Shown here piece after piece: positions 27,350 to 35,172 of a stretch of 61,140 nucleotides of DNA. Under the pieces are notes generated by a model that made no database searches, had not been told where the DNA came from, and saw nothing but the letters and a program-made list of their open reading frames with translations. The first letter of the stretch is position 1; each line of letters begins with the position of its first letter. This DNA comes from Alphaproteobacteria bacterium UBA3307 (GTDB lineage: Bacteria; Pseudomonadota; Alphaproteobacteria; RF32; CAG-239), in assembly GCA_002361365.1 (NCBI GenBank), contig DEST01000115.1:1-61140 (forward strand), in the 5' to 3' direction. Position numbers and translations under genes: made by a program.

Positions 27350-27898
27350 ATGAACAAGTTGTATATTAACCTCAAAAAAGTTCCGTCCGTCCGTCTGAGC
27401 AGCGTGGCGTTCGGAGTTTTTCTGTTGATTGCTTGTGCCACACTGAGTTATGCTCTGTTTCATAATCCGCATCAGGAAATACATACACAAATTTTTAAAA
27501 CAGCAGAAAATATCAGGCACTATTATCGTGACCAACCGAGTTATTGGAAACTTTCTACCCAATCTGCCACTGAAGATAAGCTTATTACAGCCGATTTGTT
27601 GAAGCAAAAGGACTTTAAATTGCTTATCGGACAAGGGCAAAACGGAGATGTTTGTATGCCTAATGATATCGGTTTTGATATTGTGCTTAAAAACTTAAGT
27701 AAATCCGCTTGTATCAATCTGAGTGAACTTACGGTCAGCAAATCTGAGCAACTCGGGTTGCAAAAAATCAGCATTATCAACAGTGAGAGACAAACCGAAT
27801 TTGCTTGGGGCAGTGAGAATCCATTGCCTATAAAACGTTACGCCACCCGCAAACTTTGCGCTTCCTCCGGCAATACGCTGGTTTGGAGCTTTAAATAA
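27350..27898 (+). CDS. Pilin-like protein without a canonical prepilin cleavage site (182 aa)
   Basis: N-terminal TM anchor (VAFGVFLLIACATLSYALF). The C-terminal pattern LKNLSKSACINLSE...KLCASSGNTLVWSF parallels the two prepilins at 32701 and 33272. Confidence 0.45.
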   Translation: MNKLYINLKKVPSVRLSSVAFGVFLLIACATLSYALFHNPHQEIHTQIFKTAENIRHYYRDQPSYWKLSTQSATEDKLITADLLKQKDFKLLIGQGQNGDVCMPNDIGFDIVLKNLSKSACINLSELTVSKSEQLGLQKISIINSERQTEFAWGSENPLPIKRYATRKLCASSGNTLVWSFK

Positions 27899-28034
27899 AG
27901 TAACAAAATCTATAATATCATACGAAAATAAAAAAGTTTTACAATTTGCACTACCCAAAATGGGAATATAAACATTATTTTAACACTTTAGGTTTATTGT
28001 GGGGACAAAGAAATGTATATTTTTAAGGTGTCTG

Positions 28035-28478
28035 ATGAGATATATAAAACTGTTTTTGTCGGTGCTATGCGCCGTTTTTGTTGCCGCTTGTGCTTATATT
28101 GAGCGGCCCGGAGATTTGACACGCTGGCGTAAAACACGACCATACGCTCGTTGCCATCAAGAAACAACGGTTGCCGTTTATGACAAAGATGGAATGTACA
28201 CTCTGCCGGGGTGTATAGACTATGATATTGTCGATTTTCCGTATGTTGAAAATAATAAATATCCTGATGAAGTTGTATATCAAAATCTGAATTCTCGTGT
28301 TTTGGCATATTGTCGTGGAACTCCGGCACAAATAGAATATTGTGTAAGCCGATTGGAAGGCTCTTGCTATGTACCGCTTTCCGAGATTCCAAAGGTACCG
28401 GCTAAGGCAGATACTCTTAAACGCGGTGTCTTTCCTGAACGGCGTTGGCACGAAGGAGATACTGTTCCGAGGTGGTAA
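28035..28478 (+). CDS. Lipoprotein, unknown function (147 aa from MRYI start)
   Basis: Lipobox VAAC. Several Cys residues. Its stop is adjacent to the comM ATG (TAAGATG). Confidence 0.5.
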   Translation: MRYIKLFLSVLCAVFVAACAYIERPGDLTRWRKTRPYARCHQETTVAVYDKDGMYTLPGCIDYDIVDFPYVENNKYPDEVVYQNLNSRVLAYCRGTPAQIEYCVSRLEGSCYVPLSEIPKVPAKADTLKRGVFPERRWHEGDTVPRW

Positions 28479-28479
28479 G

Positions 28480-30003
28480 ATGTTAGCACGAATAAATACC
28501 ATAGCTTTTAACGGATTGAGCACGTTGGATGTAGATTTGCAGTTGCAAATTTCTTCCGGCATTCCGGCGTTCAGTATTGTCGGCTTACCAGATAAAACCA
28601 TTGCTGAAAGCAAAGAGCGCGTACGGGCGGCACTCAACACAATGGGGGTGGATTTGCCGGCTAAACGAATTACGGTAAATTTGGCACCTGCCGATTTGTT
28701 GAAAGAAGGTTCGCATTTTGATTTGCCGATTGCACTGGCTTTGCTTGCCGGAATAGGTATTGTTTCTGCTGAAGATGTGGCTGAATATGTGGTAATCGGC
28801 GAGCTTGGTTTAGATGGTTCAATTATGCCGGTCAACGGAGCTTTGCCGGTGGCAATTCACGCCAATCGATTAAACAAAGGGTTGATTTGTCCGGAAGCTC
28901 AGGGCGGTGAAGCCGTTTGGTCAGGACTCAAAAATATTATAGCTGCACCGACTTTATTGGCGTTGATTAACCATTTGAAAGGGATACAACAGTTACCTTT
29001 ACCGGAAATAAAGCGTAAAAAGACTAAAATTTCCGATTTAGATATGGCAGATGTTAAAGGACAGGAAACTGCAAAGCGAGCTCTCGAAATTGCTGCTGCC
29101 GGCGCACATAACCTTTTGATGGTTGGTACTCCGGGGGCAGGTAAATCTATGTTGGCTTCACGACTTGTGACTATTTTGCCGCCACTAACAACCGAAGAAG
29201 CTCTTGAAACTTGTATGATTCATTCGATTGCCGGTGAGTTGAAAAACGGCGAGATCAGCTTTGAACGCCCTTATCGCGACCCGCACCACAGCGCTTCGAC
29301 ACCGGCGCTTATCGGTGGCGGGCGCAAGGGTGTACCGGGGGAAATTTCACTCGCGCATAACGGCGTTTTGTTTTTAGATGAACTGCCGGAATTCAATCGG
29401 GCAACATTGGAGGCTTTGCGACAACCGATAGAAACCGGATATGTCACGATTTCACGCGTGCATTGTCATACACAATATCCGGCAAATTTTCAACTCGTGG
29501 CAGCAATGAATCCGTGTCGTTGCGGCTATTTGGGGCAAAGCGGACAAGAATGTACTCGTGCACCGAAATGTGCTGAAGAATATCAATCGCGAATTTCCGG
29601 GCCAATGATGGATAGGTTTGATATTCATATTCAGGTACCGCCGGTCAGTCCGTGGGATATGGCCGATGTCAAAAAAGGCGAAAGCTCAGCGCAAATTCGC
29701 CAACGCGTAGTTGCGGCGCGACAAATTCAGCAACAAAGATTTATTGAGTTGGGATATCCGCATTTGCACACAAATTCACAACTCAAAGGGGACATTTTGG
29801 AAGAAGTAACCAAGCTGGATTCTGACGCTAAAAGCTTGCTGGTAGGCTTTGCCGAAAAAATGAAGATGTCGGCACGAGCCTATCATCGCACTTTAAAGCT
29901 TTCCAGAACAATTGCGGACTTGCAAAATGAAAAAAATGTGTCTAAACTGCACATAGCAGAGGCGTTGTCATACAGATATGTTATGCCGTCAAAACAGGTA
30001 TAG
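28480..30003 (+). CDS. comM: ComM/YifB Mg-chelatase-like AAA+ protein
   Basis: N-terminal Lon-like domain (GLPDKTIAESKERV), Walker A GTPGAGKSM, Walker B LFLDELPEF, and C-terminal RAYHRTLKLSRTIADL. Confidence 0.9.
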   Translation: MLARINTIAFNGLSTLDVDLQLQISSGIPAFSIVGLPDKTIAESKERVRAALNTMGVDLPAKRITVNLAPADLLKEGSHFDLPIALALLAGIGIVSAEDVAEYVVIGELGLDGSIMPVNGALPVAIHANRLNKGLICPEAQGGEAVWSGLKNIIAAPTLLALINHLKGIQQLPLPEIKRKKTKISDLDMADVKGQETAKRALEIAAAGAHNLLMVGTPGAGKSMLASRLVTILPPLTTEEALETCMIHSIAGELKNGEISFERPYRDPHHSASTPALIGGGRKGVPGEISLAHNGVLFLDELPEFNRATLEALRQPIETGYVTISRVHCHTQYPANFQLVAAMNPCRCGYLGQSGQECTRAPKCAEEYQSRISGPMMDRFDIHIQVPPVSPWDMADVKKGESSAQIRQRVVAARQIQQQRFIELGYPHLHTNSQLKGDILEEVTKLDSDAKSLLVGFAEKMKMSARAYHRTLKLSRTIADLQNEKNVSKLHIAEALSYRYVMPSKQV

Positions 30004-30013
30004 GAGAAAACAA

Positions 30014-32665
30014 ATGAAACAGAACTTAAAAGCAATATACGCATTGAGCGCGGCACTTGTAGCCACAATGGCGGCAAATATTGCCACAGCCGATTCGGAT
30101 TTGGGCGCAAAGCCTTATACTCCGCAAGCTGTGACACGCCCGCAACCATTGGCACCGGCTCCGACTCCGGTTTATGTTAAGGAACAAGCGCAACCGGTTG
30201 AAACACAAGCTGAAGCGCCAAAGCCGGAGGTTGTATATTATTCCGCACCGGACGTACCTTATGCTGAGCCGGTCAGAGCCATGCCCCAACCTATTTTCCT
30301 AACCTCACCTGTTCCACCGGCTGTACCAAATGACTCTAACAAGTCTGGTCAAAAAAATTGCGGTTGCAAAAAATGTAACAGCGGTTGCAATAATATTCAA
30401 CCTGTTGCCGCACCGATTGTTGTTGCTGAGCCGACACCTATGCCGTGCCAAACTTGCGCACAACCGGCTCCGGTGGTGATTGAAGAACCGGTGGTAGAAG
30501 CACAACCGGCGCCGTGTGCAACCGGCAACTGCCCGCAGCTGCAGCCGTTGATGGTTGTTGAACCTGAACCGAAACCGGTAGTTGCTCCGTGTGATGGCGC
30601 AAAAGGCGAATGCAATCGTGTTCCGCCGGCAGATAAAGACGGCAGTTTATTCCCTGGTGGAAAATGCAGCAACTGTGCCGGCGGTAAAGCTCCGGCAACG
30701 CAAGTTGCAGAAGCACCTTGCAATGCCGCAAACGGCGAATGCAACCACGTTCCGCCGGCAGATAAAGACGGCAGTTTATTCCCTGGTGGAAAATGCCGCA
30801 ACTGTGCCGGCGGCAAAGCTCCGGTAGCTCAAGAGACAGAGGCACCGTGTACGGAATGTGCTCAAGTTCAATCCAATGTTCCATATACAATTTCCATTTA
30901 TCAATCTATGCAGCATAATTGTTGTCAAATGGCTTCCATCGCGCTTGACCACGTGGATTTCCGTTTGGCTGACAAAGGTTCAAGCGGACTTTACAGCAAC
31001 CGTATCGGCGCATACAGATTCCGTATTTTCGGTTGCCGCAGAATGAATAAAGATGCACGCCTGAACAGCGGCAGAATCTTAGAAAAAAATATCAATTTCC
31101 AAAGCGCATTTGCCAACGCAGTCGATAGCTGTTACAAAGTTTTACCGGCGCCGAGAGATTTGTGCTTGCAAGCTGTTCCGACCGAATTGCCGGAATATGT
31201 CCTAACTGCTGAAATTACCGATTATTTTATGAATATTTGTGATGAATATGATTGGGGCAAAGCCGAGAAAAAAGAACAACGCAGCGGTAATTCAGAAATT
31301 ACGGTAACTTGGCGTTTGATGGATTTGACCAAAAATATTGTTTATTGGAAAGGTGAGACTTCCGGCTATGGTGAGATTTATGAAGGAGAACCGGAAGGCG
31401 AAACCAAATTGATTGAACGCGCATTTGCCGATGCCGCATCTAATTTGCGCGCTATGACCGGTTTTGAAGACCAATTATTACAGCGTGTTCCTGACCAAAC
31501 AATCTCCGCTCAGCGTTGGGCGCTGATTGAAGAAGAACGCGCTCTGAATCCGATTAAGTGCGGATACCGTAAAGAATATGAATGCAGCAATAGTTGCGTG
31601 ATTAACGGACCTAAATCCGATATTTCTAAGTGTCTGCCTACTTGCGGTTGCGCTACCGGTACCTGTGGACAAGTCGAATATGTTGAGCCGACTCCGGCAC
31701 CGGAACCGATAACAGCTCCGTGCGGAACAATAGTCAACGCAGAAGGTGTTAAAGTTCCGGCCCCGTGCGAAACAGGTGCGGTCAAAGTTGAGCCGCTCAA
31801 AGTTAAAACAGAGCCACAACCGATTCCGGTACAGGTTACTGCCGCTACTTGTTACGATGAACACGGTAGTTTTGTAGAAAGCGCAACTTGTCGCCGTGTG
31901 GACGATACTTGGATTGATACCGGTGATGTCACCGCTCTGGATACCTTGTGCATTAACACAACTGACCCGTGTCAAAAACTTACTCAAGAAGAAGTGTATC
32001 GTTTGCGCGCATCGGTTGTACAAATTGAAAGTCCGAATGGTCGCAAAGGTGCGGGATTACTTATTTCTGACCGCTTTATTCTGACTTCGGGAGATTTGGT
32101 TGACCGCGGCGCTTACAGCTATAAAGTAAAAACTATTCGCAATGCGGAATACACTGCACGAGCCGTACGTTTGAACCCGCAAAAAAATACAGCCTTGCTG
32201 ATGCTTGACAGCAGTGTGGAATATTCTCCGCTTGCACTCAATCTGAACTTACCGGAAGTCAACAGCGGCGGATTTTTAACTCTCGGACTGCTTGATGTTG
32301 TTGACTTTAAAAACGGAGAAGATTATTTGGAAAACAAGGCAAAAATTGCCGGATACCGTTATACGGAAGATAAAGGTGCCGAAATTTTGGTAAATACTTT
32401 TATTCAAAACGTTACCGTCGGCGGCGCGTTGTTTGACCAGAACTGCACCATTAGCGGTATGGCGCATTCCGGAATCCGTACAAACGACGGAATGGACGTT
32501 TATGTTCCGACGGAAACGGCGTTGCGTAGTCTCGGAATCAGTATTTGCGGACACGAATATACCGCACCTAGCCCGTGGCAACAGACAATATATAAGCCGT
32601 TGACACAGCAAATTACGGTTATTCCGCAAGCGCCGGAAGTTATGCCGGTTAAGGATAGAAAGTAG
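30014..32665 (+). CDS. Secreted 883-aa mosaic protein: Pro-rich and Cys-rich repeats, a CsgG/LpoB-like alpha-beta module, and a C-terminal trypsin-like domain lacking the catalytic triad
   Basis: AGGAG before the ATG at 30014. Signal peptide ending NIATA. 2 x 43-aa Cys repeat. Mid module: LTAEITDYFMNICDE...ITVTWRLMDLTKNIVYWKGETSGYGE. C-terminal domain: ASVVQIESPNGRKGAGLLISDRFILTSGDLV...NTALLMLD...VTVGGALFD. Confidence 0.6.
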   Translation: MKQNLKAIYALSAALVATMAANIATADSDLGAKPYTPQAVTRPQPLAPAPTPVYVKEQAQPVETQAEAPKPEVVYYSAPDVPYAEPVRAMPQPIFLTSPVPPAVPNDSNKSGQKNCGCKKCNSGCNNIQPVAAPIVVAEPTPMPCQTCAQPAPVVIEEPVVEAQPAPCATGNCPQLQPLMVVEPEPKPVVAPCDGAKGECNRVPPADKDGSLFPGGKCSNCAGGKAPATQVAEAPCNAANGECNHVPPADKDGSLFPGGKCRNCAGGKAPVAQETEAPCTECAQVQSNVPYTISIYQSMQHNCCQMASIALDHVDFRLADKGSSGLYSNRIGAYRFRIFGCRRMNKDARLNSGRILEKNINFQSAFANAVDSCYKVLPAPRDLCLQAVPTELPEYVLTAEITDYFMNICDEYDWGKAEKKEQRSGNSEITVTWRLMDLTKNIVYWKGETSGYGEIYEGEPEGETKLIERAFADAASNLRAMTGFEDQLLQRVPDQTISAQRWALIEEERALNPIKCGYRKEYECSNSCVINGPKSDISKCLPTCGCATGTCGQVEYVEPTPAPEPITAPCGTIVNAEGVKVPAPCETGAVKVEPLKVKTEPQPIPVQVTAATCYDEHGSFVESATCRRVDDTWIDTGDVTALDTLCINTTDPCQKLTQEEVYRLRASVVQIESPNGRKGAGLLISDRFILTSGDLVDRGAYSYKVKTIRNAEYTARAVRLNPQKNTALLMLDSSVEYSPLALNLNLPEVNSGGFLTLGLLDVVDFKNGEDYLENKAKIAGYRYTEDKGAEILVNTFIQNVTVGGALFDQNCTISGMAHSGIRTNDGMDVYVPTETALRSLGISICGHEYTAPSPWQQTIYKPLTQQITVIPQAPEVMPVKDRK
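30584..30841 (+). repeat. Tandem 129-bp repeat x2 (43-aa Cys-rich unit)
   Basis: Units APCDGAKGECNRVPPADKDGSLFPGGKCSNCAGGKAPATQVAE and APCNAANGECNHVPPADKDGSLFPGGKCRNCAGGKAPVAQETE. 34 of 43 residues are identical by eye. Confidence 0.9.
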
Positions 32666-32700
32666 ATTGATTAACTCATACAAAACAGGAGAATTATTAA

Positions 32701-33267
32701 ATGCTAAAGATAAATCAGACCGGACGTTCGATGATTGAAATGCTTGGAGTGTTGGCAATCATCGGGGTGCTGACTGTCGGCAGTTTCGGTATTGTCGGCA
32801 AAGCACGGCAACAATATCAGATTTCGCAAGCACTTTCCGAAACCTCTAATCTGATTGCCAGTGCGCGTAAAATGAGTTGCGACTATGAGAGTGCCTACGG
32901 TTCTTATACTAATATGCTCTATCAATCGCGAGAATATCCGGATGGTGTTGTGCCGGAAGTGAGTGATGGTAAAGCTGAATCGTTTACCATAACTTCAGAT
33001 ATTAAGCTCAAAATCGAAGCCGGAGATGACAACACTTTTATCGCCACGCTTTCCAATATTCCGGAAGATGCTTGTGTGGCGTTGGCTTCGGCTGATTGGG
33101 GAAATCGGCGTTTTAATGGTTATATCGGTGCAACTGTCGGCGGTAAAAGTTCCAATAAAGATAATATAATGGACCCGTCTGATGCGGCCGATGGCTGTGA
33201 TGCTACTAGCGGCAAAGAGCCGGAATTGGTTTTAACTTATAGTGCGTGTGTACGCGGAGGAGAATAA
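32701..33267 (+). CDS. Type IV prepilin (188 aa) with a short leader and an atypical +1 Arg
   Basis: MLKINQTG|RSMIEMLGVLAIIGVLTVG, with Gly at -1 and Glu at +5. C-terminal Cys pair (DACVAL...DGCDA). Confidence 0.8.
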   Translation: MLKINQTGRSMIEMLGVLAIIGVLTVGSFGIVGKARQQYQISQALSETSNLIASARKMSCDYESAYGSYTNMLYQSREYPDGVVPEVSDGKAESFTITSDIKLKIEAGDDNTFIATLSNIPEDACVALASADWGNRRFNGYIGATVGGKSSNKDNIMDPSDAADGCDATSGKEPELVLTYSACVRGGE

Positions 33268-33271
33268 CATT

Positions 33272-33955
33272 ATGAAAAACAGCAAACAAACACAAAACGG
33301 ACGTTCGATGATTGAAATGCTCGGAGTATTGGCAATTATCGGGGTATTGACCGTCGGCGGATTTGCGTTAATCAGTAAAATGAGCAATGCGCATCGCGCA
33401 AATGAAGTGATTGATGAAATCGGCGTGTTAGCAAACAAAACTCGTACCGTATTTCATGAATTTGTAGAAGACCATACCGCTGATGATGGCACCATCACTT
33501 CAAACCCGATGACAATGTATGTATATAAAGCAAGAGCTTTTCCGGAAGGTTTGGACTGTGCCAACAAGAAAAACGGAGAATGTGCAATGGATAATTCCGA
33601 TGAATCCTCATTTGCCCTTTCGGATAAAAATGATGTAAAGTTTGAAATTCAGCAGCGACGCAGTAATAAGAAAGTTGATTATTTTGTGCTCAAAATTTCG
33701 CAGCTGACAGATGACTTGTGTATGGCTGTGGCGCAATCTACTTGGGGTTCTCCCTCAATTAACGGCTATGTCGGGATTTGTGTTACTGACAGCTCAAAAA
33801 ACAGTTGTTCTTACGACACACTTATTCCGCAAGATATGAGCGTTAACGTTGTTACCGACAATATAGCCAAAGGCGGGGCAAAACTTGCGCTTGATGCAGC
33901 GGCAGATGCTTGTGCCAGTGAAACAGATAATGTTGTTTATCTGACCTTCCGTTGA
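33272..33955 (+). CDS. Type IV prepilin paralog (227 aa from MKNS start)
   Basis: GGAGGAGA before the ATG at 33272. MKNSKQTQNG|RSMIEMLGVLAIIGVLTVG. C-terminal Cys pairs. Confidence 0.8.
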   Translation: MKNSKQTQNGRSMIEMLGVLAIIGVLTVGGFALISKMSNAHRANEVIDEIGVLANKTRTVFHEFVEDHTADDGTITSNPMTMYVYKARAFPEGLDCANKKNGECAMDNSDESSFALSDKNDVKFEIQQRRSNKKVDYFVLKISQLTDDLCMAVAQSTWGSPSINGYVGICVTDSSKNSCSYDTLIPQDMSVNVVTDNIAKGGAKLALDAAADACASETDNVVYLTFR

Positions 33956-33976
33956 TACTGTTAAAAGTAAAATATT

Positions 33977-34005
33977 AAACGGCACCCGCAAAAAAGGTGC
34001 CGTTT
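33977..34005. terminator. Bidirectional intrinsic terminator between the convergent pilin and PilT-like genes
   Basis: AAACGGCACC-CGCAAAAAA-GGTGCCGTTT, flanked by A and T runs. Confidence 0.75.
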
Positions 34006-34029
34006 ATCTTATATTCATAATGCTTAATA

Positions 34030-35010
34030 TTATTTTGTGGCATCAACATTATCAAACAACGGTCGCCCTTGTGCCATACGCGTCATTTGCATTTCAATGG
34101 TGGTCGAAAGGTTGATTTTACCGGTTTTGATAATATTTCGTGCTTGATCGCCCATTGTGGTTATCGGGTTGGCAAACAAAAATTGCACCACCGGACGCTT
34201 TTGCGCTGTGCCGACAAGTTGTTGATGAATAACTCCCAAAATACCGCGAGAAAGTAAGTCAAACGCCAATTCCTCACTCATTTCACCGGCGGCAGAAGCG
34301 TGTTTGACAATGGCATCAATGGCATCGGCCACATTATTGGCGTGAATGGTAGAAAGCACTAAGTGACCGGAAGTTGCCGCACGCAAACACTGACTGGCTG
34401 TTGCCGGTGTTCGAATTTCTCCCACCATAATATAGCGCGGGCGTGAACGCAAAGCCGAACGTAAAGAAGCTCCCCAATCGTCATTTATCGGCTGTGTTTG
34501 TTTGCAACATCCGATTGAACCATTGACAGCTTTATATTCTCCATCAAGCGGCATTTCAAACGGGTCTTCAATGGTGTAGGCAAAACCGCCGTTGCGAATT
34601 AAAAATTCTCTAAGCAAACTGGAAATTGTGGTGGTTTTACCGGAACCGGTGGCACCGCCGAGCAAAATCAGCCCGCTGGCGTGTCCCAAACCGGAAAGAT
34701 ATTGTATCAATGCCGGCGGATAACCTAAAGATTTTAAATCCGGCACACGCTTCGGCATTTTACGCATACAAAACATTACGCCATACATAGACATTGTGCG
34801 TTCCACACGGAAAAAATATCCTTCATACACAACCGAATAACTGGATTTACCCTTAAAAGAGCGTTCAAGCAAGTCATAAAACGTATCAAAATCTTCCGGT
34901 TCAATTTGTTTAAGCCCGCTTTCCGTACGTTTATCCGGTACAAAAACCAGCTTATCCGGTGTGATGTAAATATCTGAATAAAACTCATTTTCATCATTGA
35001 TGCGTGTCAT
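34030..35010 (-). CDS. PilT/PilU-like hexameric ATPase (326 aa)
   Basis: AGGAGA before the ATG at 35010. Walker A GGATGSGKTTT, VGEIRT, and His box GHLVLSTIHANN, which is closer to PilT/GspE than to VirB11. Confidence 0.75.
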   Translation of the reverse strand: MTRINDENEFYSDIYITPDKLVFVPDKRTESGLKQIEPEDFDTFYDLLERSFKGKSSYSVVYEGYFFRVERTMSMYGVMFCMRKMPKRVPDLKSLGYPPALIQYLSGLGHASGLILLGGATGSGKTTTISSLLREFLIRNGGFAYTIEDPFEMPLDGEYKAVNGSIGCCKQTQPINDDWGASLRSALRSRPRYIMVGEIRTPATASQCLRAATSGHLVLSTIHANNVADAIDAIVKHASAAGEMSEELAFDLLSRGILGVIHQQLVGTAQKRPVVQFLFANPITTMGDQARNIIKTGKINLSTTIEMQMTRMAQGRPLFDNVDATK

Positions 35011-35172
35011 AACCATTCTCCTTAGTGATAACAAAAAAATCTTACGTCTATATAGTGTAGCAAATTTATTTTAAAATAGCGTAAAAATTCTTAATTGATT
35101 AAAAACTTGAATATAAATGTTGTCAGCGGCTTAAAAATATTTTATATTCGGCTTAGCTTATAAGGTTGGACG

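Noticed and set aside
28065-28835. 256-aa minus-strand ORF
   Set aside because: It is antisense to the lipoprotein gene and the well-supported comM gene. Its composition mirrors the sense strand and it has no motifs.
30397-30890. Minus-strand ORFs of 139 and 150 aa, plus other overlapping frames, in the Pro/Cys-rich repeat region
   Set aside because: The locally GC-rich, repetitive coding sequence of the 883-aa gene keeps several frames open. The sense frame has a signal peptide, an RBS and downstream domains.
34030-35010. Calling this ATPase VirB11
   Set aside because: Its His-box and Walker regions look more like PilT/GspE, and it is 17 kb from the T4SS operon on the far side of the pilus genes. 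The alternative is kept in the finding rather than in the call.
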